A stretch of 64,000 nucleotides of DNA from Candidatus Poribacteria bacterium (GTDB lineage: Bacteria > Poribacteria > WGA-4E > WGA-3G), in the NCBI GenBank assembly GCA_965214095.1, contig OZ243938.1, positions 4,992,001 through 5,056,000 of the forward strand, in the 5' to 3' direction. The translations under genes were made by a program, and so were the position numbers. Below the pieces are notes generated by a model, which saw only the letters and a program-made list of their open reading frames with translations, did no database searches and was not told where the DNA came from. Of the stretch, positions 18,003-28,900 are shown one piece after another (within the stretch, counting starts at the first letter, position 1; every line of letters begins with the position of its first letter).

Positions 18003-19883
18003 TTATCTACCCCAACCACCCTGTGATCTCTGTCTACGTTGTAGGATGACGCGGTCACCTTCTTTGATACCGCTCTTGACAATGACGTTTGTCTCGTTTT
18101 GCATGCCCGTTTCAATAAGGGTTTCAACACCTTTGCCTCCATTATCCAACATGACATACTTTCCTCGTATAACATTGACCTGTGCTTGAACACCATCCGC
18201 TTTCTTCTCTCCATTAATTAATAGTGATACGGTAGAAGATCCAGAGATGAGACCCCGTTGTGAACTGTCAAGTTCAATCGTGACGCTTCCATTTGCAACA
18301 TCTTTGATAGTGCCGTTGAATATCTTCTCACTCAACGTCTGCATAGCAACCGGTTTGCCAACTTTGAAGGGGGATGTGTTGCCTACCTGTGTGACAGCAG
18401 TGGCAGAAGTTTTTGAAATGACTGCATCAAGCGGTAGCAACAGAACATTCTTTTCTTCATAAGTAATGATGTCCACATCAGCACTCATACCAGGTTTGAT
18501 TCTTCCTGATGAATCAAGCACCTCTATCATAACCTCAAACGAGATAATGTTGTCTTGTTGTTGTCCACTCGGTGAGATTTCATAGACTCTACCGTCATAT
18601 TTTTGTGTTTGGAAAGCATCGATTTTGATGACAGCGGGTTGGTTGTTTTCAAGACGTTCCATATCAACTTCGTTGATGAAAGTTTTGACCACCATTTTTG
18701 AAAGATCTGCAATTGTCATGATAGGTGGACTCTGAGAAAATGCTGAACGTCCGGAGGTGACAATTTCACCTTGTTCAATATCGAGTTGTGTAACTGTGCC
18801 TGACATCGGTGCCTTAATAGTTGTCCAAGCGAGCCGTTCTTCTTGATTTTTTAAACTACTTTCTCTTCGCAGGAGGTTTGCACCAGCACTCACCTTTGAC
18901 TGTTCCGTAAGCAATTTCTCATTATCAATAGTGAGTAATAGTTCTTGTAGCTGCGTTCTTGAGTTATCCAAACGAATTTGGCTTTCCTCTTCTGCTTTCT
19001 GTCGTGTCTTTTTGAGGTGCTGAAGGTTTAATTCTTGGTATTGTAGCTGCGCTTCGCGGGTTTTTATTCCAGTTTTACGTGCTTCAATTGTGCGTTGTTG
19101 TGAAACGATGGTTTGTTTCTGTGATTCTACCCGTTTTTTGGCATTTTCATGCTGGGTATTAGAATTGGCATATCGAGTTTCAGTATCTTCTAACACCTGC
19201 TTTGAGACCAATTCCTGTTCATAGAGTGAGGTGTTGCGATCTAACTCTGATTTAGCCGAATCTAATGAAACTTTTGAAGAATTTTTTGATGTTTCGTATT
19301 CAGCGAGAGACAACTCAGCTTGTGCAAGTGAAATTTTTGCCTGTTCTAAAGAGATATTATCTTGTTCTAACAGATTTTTTGTTGATTGGATATCAGTTTC
19401 AGCGGAACTGATGCGAGTTAAGGATTCCGCTTTTGTCGTTTCAAGGTTCGCTTGTGCGATTCGGACAGCCGCCTTTCTCTGTAATTCGTCGCTATTGAGA
19501 CGTTCTTTTTTAAGTTCAATGTTCAATTCAGACTGCATAAGCTGCGCTGCAGCGGCCTTCACGTCTGCTTGGGCTTGTTTCTCTTCCTCCTGATATAATT
19601 CCGGGTCAAGACGTACTAAAATGTCGTCTTTTTCAACATAGTCGCCATCATCAACAAGCAGTTCTATGACTTCACCTTCAACGTTTGATTTGACTTCAAC
19701 GTCAAGAAGTGGCTCTAAATTCCCAGTGGCTCTGATGGTCATTTGGAAATTGCCGCGTTTGACGAGTTCTATTCTTGGTGCCTGCGCTGGCTCAGTTCCG
19801 TTTTTTCCACGACTTAGTACAACCCATCCCGCTGCAACCACAATAATAACGATAGTTGCTGCAGTAATAATAAGTTTCTTCAA
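18003..19883 (-). CDS. MacA/HlyD-type periplasmic adaptor with very long coiled coil
   Basis: N-terminal TM; ATGNLEP..VEVKS.V.GEV..L.V..GD.V.K; TTIKAPMSGTV; INEVDM; IKPGMSADVDI. Confidence 0.85.
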   Translation of the reverse strand: MKKLIITAATIVIIVVAAGWVVLSRGKNGTEPAQAPRIELVKRGNFQMTIRATGNLEPLLDVEVKSNVEGEVIELLVDDGDYVEKDDILVRLDPELYQEEEKQAQADVKAAAAQLMQSELNIELKKERLNSDELQRKAAVRIAQANLETTKAESLTRISSAETDIQSTKNLLEQDNISLEQAKISLAQAELSLAEYETSKNSSKVSLDSAKSELDRNTSLYEQELVSKQVLEDTETRYANSNTQHENAKKRVESQKQTIVSQQRTIEARKTGIKTREAQLQYQELNLQHLKKTRQKAEEESQIRLDNSRTQLQELLLTIDNEKLLTEQSKVSAGANLLRRESSLKNQEERLAWTTIKAPMSGTVTQLDIEQGEIVTSGRSAFSQSPPIMTIADLSKMVVKTFINEVDMERLENNQPAVIKIDAFQTQKYDGRVYEISPSGQQQDNIISFEVMIEVLDSSGRIKPGMSADVDIITYEEKNVLLLPLDAVISKTSATAVTQVGNTSPFKVGKPVAMQTLSEKIFNGTIKDVANGSVTIELDSSQRGLISGSSTVSLLINGEKKADGVQAQVNVIRGKYVMLDNGGKGVETLIETGMQNETNVIVKSGIKEGDRVILQRRQRSQGGWGR

Positions 19884-19982
19884 AACCTAATTCCTCCTAA
19901 AATTGTTGTATATGCAAAACCCTATAAGTTTCGTAGTGTTAGTATTAAATCTAAAGGTTCTCTGTAAGACTAAGACTGTTGG

Positions 19983-21299
19983 TTAATCGGATCGGAGTGC
20001 TTCAACAGGTGTAAGTTTTGCTGCCTTATATGCTGGATATAACCCAAAGAAAACACCGATAGCAACTGACACGAGTAATGCAATGAACATTGTTAAAAAC
20101 GAGACGACCGAGGGCCAATTACTCCCTTCCCATACGAATTTAGAGATTAACGCTGCTGTACCCTTTCCCATAAATACTCCCATAATTGATCCGAGGATCC
20201 CACCAGCGAATGTAAGGACAGAAGCTTCAATCAGGAACTGTGTGATAATGTCATTGAATGTTGCACCGAGTGCTTTCCGCAGCCCGATTTCTTTGGTACG
20301 GTCCGTTACGGAAACGAGCATGATATTCATGACCCCAATGCCTGCTACCATCAGAGCAATACCAGCAATACCACCCATTAGTAGTTTCATGACCAAACCG
20401 ACTTTATCAGCGGTTGCCAATTCCTCTTCTGCAGTCCAATAGTTATATTCTTCTCCTGTGTTATTATGCTGTCTCCCTAACACCTGTTTTGAATCGTCTA
20501 TTACGAGTGGAATTTTCTCAATGTCCTCAGCTTCCACGCGTATACGTTCAACATCTTGCCTACCTTTAAACCGTTCCTGAAGCGTTGTTATGGGTATGAT
20601 GAACCTGTCATCCCACCCTGTGGTGTCCATCGCGTCGCCTTTTTCTTCCATGACACCGATGACTTTCAGGCGCACCTCATAGAGTCCACTCATACCGCGC
20701 CAATATGATGGACGCGAAGCTTTGATCTCTTTGCCAACTGGGTCTTCATGAAGAAAAATCTCTTCAGCGATTTTTGACCCAATAACAGCAACACTGCTTG
20801 AGGATTCAACTTCTTCTGGCGTAAAGAATCTGCCATCTGATGTGTACCAGTTATATGAACGGTCGTAGCCTGCAGTTGATGCAACAATGCGTGATTCCTT
20901 TTTACGTCCTTTATAACTAACACTCCAGCCAGGCATATCATCTTCTGCGACAACATCAATAATCCCGCGTGCATTTTTCAATATCTCAAAAGCGTCTTCT
21001 GTTTCCAAATGTTCAGCACGGTTTCTACGCCATCGACTCTTACCTCTAACAGCCTGACCAGCAGCACGACTCAAAGTACCTGATTGCCTATCCCAATCAT
21101 CTTTGTAGATTTCAATAATCTTTGTACCACCTGTCCGTTCGATTTCTCTTAGCACCATAGCTCTGGAACCGTCTCCAACAGAGACCATACAGACTACAGA
21201 ACCGACCCCAACGATAATACCCAAAATCGTCAGACCAGAACGAAGCGGATTTCTTTTTAAACTGGTGATACCTAAAATAATACATTCAAAAAGGTTCAT
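19983..21299 (-). CDS. MacB-like ABC permease (no NBD), paralog 4
   Basis: RSGLTILGIIVGV; GIGVMNIMLVSVTDRTKEIGLRKALGA; YPAYKAAKLTPVEALRS. Confidence 0.9.
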   Translation of the reverse strand: MNLFECIILGITSLKRNPLRSGLTILGIIVGVGSVVCMVSVGDGSRAMVLREIERTGGTKIIEIYKDDWDRQSGTLSRAAGQAVRGKSRWRRNRAEHLETEDAFEILKNARGIIDVVAEDDMPGWSVSYKGRKKESRIVASTAGYDRSYNWYTSDGRFFTPEEVESSSSVAVIGSKIAEEIFLHEDPVGKEIKASRPSYWRGMSGLYEVRLKVIGVMEEKGDAMDTTGWDDRFIIPITTLQERFKGRQDVERIRVEAEDIEKIPLVIDDSKQVLGRQHNNTGEEYNYWTAEEELATADKVGLVMKLLMGGIAGIALMVAGIGVMNIMLVSVTDRTKEIGLRKALGATFNDIITQFLIEASVLTFAGGILGSIMGVFMGKGTAALISKFVWEGSNWPSVVSFLTMFIALLVSVAIGVFFGLYPAYKAAKLTPVEALRSD

Positions 21300-21311
21300 A
21301 TAGTTCTCCTC

Positions 21312-22613
21312 TTACTCAGTGCGTAACGCCTCTATCGGTGAAAGTGCGGAGGCTTTTAATGCTGGATACAACCCAAAAGAGACACCAATTAAAGCAGAAA
21401 ATGAGACAGATATAATAACCCACTGCATTGAGATAACGGATGGCCAATCAGGTACGATTTTAACAATATTGACTGCAAGAAGTGCCATACCTTCACCCGC
21501 AAGATAACCTAACCCAACACCTAATGCACCACCTATGATACACATCACAATAGATTCTATGAGGAACTGCATCATAATATCCAATCGTTTAGCACCGATC
21601 GCTTTACGCAAACCGATTTCCCGTGTGCGTTCACTCACTGCGACCAACATCATATTCATAATACCAATGCCACCAACAAGAAGTGAAAATCCAGCGATGC
21701 TTCCCAACGCGATCTTAATAACTTTACTGATCTTATCCAGCTGAGCCATACCTTCGCGCATATCTCGCAGGTCAAAGAAGTCATCCTGATTTTTGTGCAT
21801 CTTTCTCATAACCGCTTTCACCTCTTCAATGGCTTTCGGAACATCATCAACAGTATGTGCTTGCACCGATAGCATGACGACGTTATCGTTGCCGGTAAAC
21901 CGTTCTTGTGCTGTAGTGAGAGGAAGAAATAACATATCGTCAAGATTCCATCCAAATCGTAGACTTCTGCCGCGTGCTTCCATTGTTCCGACTACGGTGA
22001 ACCTTTCAGCCATCCGTGCTTGGTCTCTTCTTCCGTAACGGTCATAACGGTCCCCACCTTTACCAATTTTTATTTCTTTATCAATTGGGTCTTGTGTGCC
22101 GAAGAGATTTAAGGCCACCTCAGTTCCTAATACACAAACCTTTGCTTTGAGATCCATATCTTCTTCGGTGATAAAACGTCCATCTTTAACTTTCCAATCC
22201 ATCGCTTCGGGAAAAGAAGCATTGACACCATTATAGCCACTACGCGCTTCGGAGCCATCATTCGTTTGGATGAGTACGCCTCGCCATTCAGGAATGCGTG
22301 GGACGACGACCTTGACAGATGGACATTCAGCTTCAATAGCCAAAACATCATCGTACTTAAAGTGTTCATTACTGCGGTTTGGCATCCATCGGGAACCTAC
22401 ACGTTTGTGGCTGCTGCGATACATAGTGAATTGGTTGACACCACCAAGTTTTTGGGCATCCTGCAACACAATTTCCTTCGCCCCATCCCCGATTGAAATC
22501 ATCGCGAGCACTGAAGCAACACCAATGATAATTCCAAGCATCGTTAGCAAGGATCGTAGTTTGTTACTACGAATCGCTGAAAACCCAACGAAAAATCCTT
22601 CAAATATACGCAT
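21312..22613 (-). CDS. MacB-like ABC permease (no NBD), paralog 3
   Basis: RSLLTMLGIIIGV; GGIGIMNMMLVAVSERTREIGLRKAIGA. Confidence 0.9.
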   Translation of the reverse strand: MRIFEGFFVGFSAIRSNKLRSLLTMLGIIIGVASVLAMISIGDGAKEIVLQDAQKLGGVNQFTMYRSSHKRVGSRWMPNRSNEHFKYDDVLAIEAECPSVKVVVPRIPEWRGVLIQTNDGSEARSGYNGVNASFPEAMDWKVKDGRFITEEDMDLKAKVCVLGTEVALNLFGTQDPIDKEIKIGKGGDRYDRYGRRDQARMAERFTVVGTMEARGRSLRFGWNLDDMLFLPLTTAQERFTGNDNVVMLSVQAHTVDDVPKAIEEVKAVMRKMHKNQDDFFDLRDMREGMAQLDKISKVIKIALGSIAGFSLLVGGIGIMNMMLVAVSERTREIGLRKAIGAKRLDIMMQFLIESIVMCIIGGALGVGLGYLAGEGMALLAVNIVKIVPDWPSVISMQWVIISVSFSALIGVSFGLYPALKASALSPIEALRTE

Positions 22614-22840
22614 TTCTTGTCTCCAAAGACATGCAAAGATAATACACTTCTACGCTTGGTTATTTAGACAGAAATAAGCGAATAATGTTCGTGGAATTAA
22701 CAAATTATAAGTATTAAATCTGCATACTCTGTTTGCCAAGTAATACATGGTGTTGTTTAGAATGTAATTACTTTATTGACGTAATAATTGTGTAATAGGT
22801 TTATTTGAAAAGGATTGCTTTTTGAATTATGGGGTACGTT

Positions 22841-24142
22841 CTACTCTGTCCGTAACGCTTCAATGGGGGAGAGTGAGGATGCTTTGATAGCAGGATACAA
22901 ACCAAACGATATACCGATCAACGCGGAGAACGAAATTGAAATCAATACCCACTCGGTTGAGATGACTGACGGCCATTCAGGGACGACTTTTGCTATTTTA
23001 ACAGCGAGTATTGCCATGCCTTCACCAGCGAAATACCCTAAAGCCACACCTATCAATCCACCTACACTGCACATTGCAACAGCCTCAATTAGGAACTGCG
23101 TTAGAATGTGATAACTTTTAGCACCGAGTGCTTTCCGCAACCCTATTTCGCGCGTACGTTCACTAACAGCGACAAGCATCATATTCATGATGCCGATACC
23201 ACCAACAAGCAACGAGAAACCTGCAATACTACCCAGCGCAATCTTTATGACTTTACTGATTTTATCTAATTGTGCCATACCTTCGCGCATATCAAAGATT
23301 CTGATGAAGTCATCTTGGTTCTTGTGCCGCTTGCGGATAACAGCCTTTACCTCTTCAATCGCCTTGGGAACAAGATCAACAGTTTTTGCATAAACAACAA
23401 TATCCTGTATCCTATCATCGCCAGTGAACCGTTCTTGTGTGGTTGTCACGGGCATAAAGACAAGACTATCGTAACTCCAACCGAATCGGAGACTTCTGCC
23501 TCTCGGTGTCATCGTGCCAACAACCGTGAAACGTTCTGTGGATCGGTTCTTGCTTCTACGGCCATATCGGTCATACCGACCATCTCCTCTGGCGATTTTT
23601 ATCTCTTTTCCAACGGGTGATTCATCACCGAATAAATTCTTCGCGGTCTCATCACCAAGAACACAGATAGTCGCTGCATTTTCCACATCCTCATCAGTAA
23701 TAAATCGTCCTTCTTGAAGTTTCCAATCCATTGCAGTATGATAATATGCATCCACCCCGTTATAACCCGCACGTACTTCTCTGCCTCTGGAGGCTTGAAT
23801 TAACGCACCTCTCCATTCAGGTATCCTTGGTGTTACAGCGATTACTGATGGACATTCTGCAGCAATTGCTATGACATCACCATATTTCATATACTCATTG
23901 CTGCGTATTCTCACCCACTGTGTGCCTTCCCGTTTATACCAAGTGCGGTAGATAGTAAACTGGTTTGCGCCACCGAGTTTTTGAGCATCGCGTAGGACGA
24001 TTTCTTTTGCACCATCCCCGATGGCAATCATCGCAAGCACCGAGGCAACACCGATGATAATGCCAAGCATCGTCAGCAATGAACGCATCTTGTTTGAACG
24101 GATAGCATGAACCCCGATAGATAATCCCTCAAAGAGTCGCAT
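22841..24142 (-). CDS. MacB-like ABC permease (no NBD), paralog 2
   Basis: Same motifs; 433 aa like paralogs 1 and 3. Confidence 0.9.
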   Translation of the reverse strand: MRLFEGLSIGVHAIRSNKMRSLLTMLGIIIGVASVLAMIAIGDGAKEIVLRDAQKLGGANQFTIYRTWYKREGTQWVRIRSNEYMKYGDVIAIAAECPSVIAVTPRIPEWRGALIQASRGREVRAGYNGVDAYYHTAMDWKLQEGRFITDEDVENAATICVLGDETAKNLFGDESPVGKEIKIARGDGRYDRYGRRSKNRSTERFTVVGTMTPRGRSLRFGWSYDSLVFMPVTTTQERFTGDDRIQDIVVYAKTVDLVPKAIEEVKAVIRKRHKNQDDFIRIFDMREGMAQLDKISKVIKIALGSIAGFSLLVGGIGIMNMMLVAVSERTREIGLRKALGAKSYHILTQFLIEAVAMCSVGGLIGVALGYFAGEGMAILAVKIAKVVPEWPSVISTEWVLISISFSALIGISFGLYPAIKASSLSPIEALRTE

Positions 24143-24195
24143 AATGTTACCTTATAGATAATGACTTTGTTGAATTCTATGTGAACTGGTTGTAT

Positions 24196-25497
24196 CTATT
24201 CTTTTCGTAGTGCTTCTATAGGTGAGAGCATTGAGGCTTTAATCGCTGGATATAACCCAAATGATATACCGATAGCTGCGGAGAATAACACTGAAATTGC
24301 GATCCAATGTCCTGATATAACTGCAGGCCATTCTGGCACGATTTCAGCGATTCTGACGGCCAAAAATGACATACCCTCTCCCACCAACATACCAATGCAG
24401 ATTCCTATAATTCCGCCTACTGCACACATTCCAACAGATTCTATCAGGAATTGCAGCATTATGTCAAATGGTTTTGCACCGAGTGCTTTCCGTAAACCGA
24501 TTTCGCGTGTACGTTCAGTGACAGCGACTAACATCATGTTCATGATGCCGATACCACCGACAAGCAACGAGAAACCCGCAATGCTACCGAGGGCGATTTT
24601 TATCATTTTGCTTATTTTTTCAAGCTGCCGTATACCCTTTCGCATCTCATAGATTTTAACGAAATTATCTTCACCATTGTGCCGTTTTCGGATCACATCT
24701 TTTACCTCTCTGACTGCATTCGGCACATCTTCAACGGTGTTTGCGTATACAATGATTTCCTGGATACGGTCATCACCTGTAAACCGTTCCTGGGTTGTTG
24801 TAATTGGGAAAAAGACCATAGTATCAAAACTCCAACCGAATCGTAGACTTCTTCCTCTCGGCATCATTGTACCGACAACTGTGAAGCGATCAGTAATACG
24901 TCTACTACGTCTCTTTCCTCGATGGTCGTAATATCTTACTCTTCGTGCTATTTTTACCTCTTTGCCAAGTGGTGAGATATTCCCAAACAAATCAGTTGCA
25001 GCTTCATCTCCCAGCACACATATTTGTGTAGCATTCTTCACATCTTCATCTGAAATGAAACGTCCTGCTTGTAATTTCCAGTCCATTGCAGTTTTGAAGG
25101 AAGCGTCAACGCCGTTATACCCTGCGCGCGTTTCTGCACCTATTTCAGATTGGACTAACAACCCTTTCCAGTCCCGTATTCTTGGAGTAACATCATTTAC
25201 AGATGAACATTCGGATTTAATGGCAAGTACATCATCATAGTTTAGATATTCTTTTGTTCTGATACGGACGTTGTGTTTACCAAGTTTTTTAGTTGATCTA
25301 CGATAGAGAGTGAATTGATTTGCACCGCCGAGTTTTTGTGCATCTTGTAGCACGATCTCTTTGGCTCCATCGCCGATTGCGATCATTGCAAGTACGGAAG
25401 CAATTCCGATGATAATTCCAAGCATTGTCAGCAATGAACGCATTTTGTTTGCCCGTATTGCTGCAATGCCGATAGATATTCCTTCGATTAGACCCAT
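24196..25497 (-). CDS. MacB-like ABC permease (no NBD), paralog 1
   Basis: Same motifs; 433 aa. Confidence 0.9.
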   Translation of the reverse strand: MGLIEGISIGIAAIRANKMRSLLTMLGIIIGIASVLAMIAIGDGAKEIVLQDAQKLGGANQFTLYRRSTKKLGKHNVRIRTKEYLNYDDVLAIKSECSSVNDVTPRIRDWKGLLVQSEIGAETRAGYNGVDASFKTAMDWKLQAGRFISDEDVKNATQICVLGDEAATDLFGNISPLGKEVKIARRVRYYDHRGKRRSRRITDRFTVVGTMMPRGRSLRFGWSFDTMVFFPITTTQERFTGDDRIQEIIVYANTVEDVPNAVREVKDVIRKRHNGEDNFVKIYEMRKGIRQLEKISKMIKIALGSIAGFSLLVGGIGIMNMMLVAVTERTREIGLRKALGAKPFDIMLQFLIESVGMCAVGGIIGICIGMLVGEGMSFLAVRIAEIVPEWPAVISGHWIAISVLFSAAIGISFGLYPAIKASMLSPIEALRKE

Positions 25498-25916
25498 AAC
25501 ACCTTCTTATATTTATGACAAAAAATCATAAGTTAAACGTTCTTGATAAGAAATGGTTTATTTGTTATTTATGATAACCTAAGTTGCCACCTATGTAGCG
25601 CAATCTGTATGAAGATTAAGTTATTAATTGGGTAATCCTAATTTCTCAAACCCGGTAGGTGTGGTTTCCTAATCGTACCTCTTTGGGCCCATGCATAGTA
25701 GTAGGCACGCGCCGCGTGCCGTTCTTATACCATTCCTAAGAATAACCAATCATTATCAAATAGGTGTTCGAAGTTGCGTAATGCATTCCGTTGCTTATAT
25801 AATCCTGTCCATCTGCTAATCCTGAAAATCCTGGTTCAGACAAATAGGAATACAATCCCATAATAAATCTAACGTTTGTGAATTATATTGAACAAAAAAC
25901 CGAAAACTAAATAACC

Positions 25917-25953
25917 CTGATACATGGATGTCATATTGACATCCATGTATCAG
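25917..25953. repeat. Perfect 17-bp inverted repeat downstream of the giant adhesin gene (possible terminator or stabiliser)
   Basis: CTGATACATGGATGTCA-tat-TGACATCCATGTATCAG; no U-tract. Confidence 0.6.
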
Positions 25954-25986
25954 AGTACAAAACCCGCGCTACAATGCTGACAGAAT

Positions 25987-28900
25987 CTATTTCCGTATCA
26001 ACATCTTACGAGTAGCAGAATAATCTCCTGTCTTGAATGTGTAGAAATAGACACCCGCGGCAACCTTCTCACCAAGTGAATTCCTACCATCCCAGTACAT
26101 TGCACGGCTCCTACTAATATAGTTCCCCGCGGGCTTTTGACTTATAGCAATCTCCCGCACCACAACACCACGCAGATTGTAGATGGTTAATGTGACATCA
26201 GATGGTTTTGACAACTGATACGGAATCCACGTTTCAGGATTGAATGGGTTCGGATAGTTGGATAGCAGTGCAGTTTGCGTTGGAACGGCACTTAAAGCAG
26301 GTGCACCCCCAACATTTGTCACGGTGATTGTTACAGTAATGGTATCAGTTAGAACACCTTCATTTTCATTTACCTCTGTCGTAGTAGGATCATCAGCAGG
26401 ACGATCCGCGGCTGTAACTACCACTGTATATTCTGTGTCCATATCAACAGTAAATATCATAGCAGTCCTAATCTGACCCGTCGAACTCTCAATAGTAAAC
26501 TTGTCAACATCTGTTCCGCTTAATGAATATATCAGTGTGTCCTTTTGGTTGCCTTCGCTATCTTCATCCTCATCCGAAGCAGCAACAGGAGTTCCAACAC
26601 TTGAACCATTTGACATATTCTCCGCGACACTTCGAGTAGTTGTCTCACCGTCAGTAAATTCTGGTGCATCATTTACATCTGTTATACTGATTGTGACGGT
26701 TACAGAAGCCTTATTATTGCTTTCACCACTGTCTTCAGTAGCATCAACCATTACCGTATAAGAATTCTTGGTTTCAAAGTCATGGGCTGCCGTTGTTTTT
26801 ATTTGACCTGACGAATCAATAGTGAACGAGGATGAATCTGTTCCACTAAGCATATAAGTAATCATGTTATCATCTTGATCAGTTGCTGCCACTGGCTCAC
26901 CGACATTCGTAATCGCAGCACTATTTTCTGGAACAGAACGCATATCGCTTCCAGTTGGGAAGATAGGAGCATCGTTTTCATCAGTGACGTTGATAGTTAC
27001 TGATTTCGTTGCAGTAAGACTGCTGCCATCTGTGGCAGTAACTGTCACGGAATAACTACTTGTCGTTTCATGATCAAGGGCAACTTCTGTCTTGATTTGT
27101 CCAGTAGTGCTGTCAATATTAAAAGTAGCATCACCGGTAGTATCAAGACTGTATGAAGGGCTGTCCCCTGAGTCTGGATCAGTTGCGGTAACGGCAGTAC
27201 CAATATTTTGATTTGTTGCGGTGTTTTCTCCTATAGAAAACGTTAGAGTTCCTGTAGCAAACGTCGGTGCTTCATTGACATTTGTCACAGTAATTGTGAC
27301 TGGAATAGAAGCACTATTCGTGTTTGTGTCACCACTATCATCAGTGACCTTTACAGTGACGGAATAGGAATCTTTTGTCTCTTTGTCAAGAGCTGCCTTG
27401 GTTTGCAATTGTCCTGATGTGCTAACAATATTAAAGGATGACGCATCCGTCCCTTCCAATGTATATGTAAGGGTGTCCTTTTGAGTGTTATCAGTATTCT
27501 TATCCTCGTCAGTTGCCCCAACAGCATCACCTATATTCATATTCGCTGCGGTATTTTCAGCAATACTTCGCGTAGCACTTGTACCAGCGAATTTTGGTCT
27601 ATCATTGACATCGTTGACATTAATAGTTACGGTAATGGAGTCTGAGAGTTCACTATCCGTAACCCCGGAAGTACCAGTATCGGTGGCTGTAACTATAACA
27701 GTGTAACTATCCGTTGTTTCATGGTCCAGATCAGATTTTGTTTTGAGTTGACCTGAAGTAGAATCTATGTCAAAGTTGGTGGTATCACTGTGGGTATAAG
27801 TTAACGAGTCACCGTCATCAACATCCATTGCTGACACGACAGCACCAATATTTGTACCAGCCGTCACATTCTCGTTAACAGAACGAGTTGCTGTAGTAGC
27901 TGTAAACTCTGGTGCCTCGTTGACATCATTAATGTTGATAGTTACGTCAATTGTATCTGTGAGACCTGGATCACTACCGTTATCTGTAACGGTAACAGTC
28001 ACTGAAAGTGAAGCATCAGTTTCATGGTCAAGTGGTTCTTTCGTTTTTATCTGTCCGGAACTACTATCAATATCAAAAGAAGCAGCATCTGTCCCACTGA
28101 GTTCGTAGGTCAAAGTGTCAGCAGAAGGAAGCGTATCCTCATCTGTTGCAGCGACCGCAGCACCAATATTCATATTTGCAGCGGTGTTTTCGTCAATGCT
28201 GCGTGTCGTAGGTTTACTACCGGAAAATACGGGAGCATCATTGACATCGTTAACACTAATCGTCACCGTAATCGTATCAGTAAGACCTGGATCACTACCA
28301 TCATCTGTAACGGTAACATCCACAGAATAAGAACTCTTTGTTTCAAAGTTGAGTGCTGTCTTTGTCCTGATTTGCCCCGAAGTGCTCACAATATCAAATG
28401 AGGACATGTCCGTTCCACCAAGAGTATAGGTCAAAGTATCAGCAGAAGGGAGCGTATCTTCATCTGTTGCAGCGACAGCAGCACCAATAGCCGTATCGGC
28501 TGCAGTATTCTCATCAATATTCCGCGCACCAGTTTCAGTAGATGGGAACTCTGGTGCGTCATTAACATCATTAATGGTAATGTTTACTGTTATTGTATCG
28601 GTGAGTGCTGGACTTTGATTATCCGATACAGTAATCGTCACCTCATAAGCGTTCTTGGTTTCAAAGTTGAGATCTGCATTCGTTTTCAACTGACCTGAAC
28701 TTGAATCTATATCAAATGAAGCGTCATCAGTACCACCGAGTGAGTAATTTAGATTATCACCGTCAACATCCGTTGCAGATATAGGTGCACCGATGTTGAC
28801 CCCAGCATCCGTGTTTTCTGCAATCGTCCGTGAAGTACTATCACCATCATCAAAGTCTGGTGCCTCATTGACATTTGTGACTGCAATTGTAACCACAATA

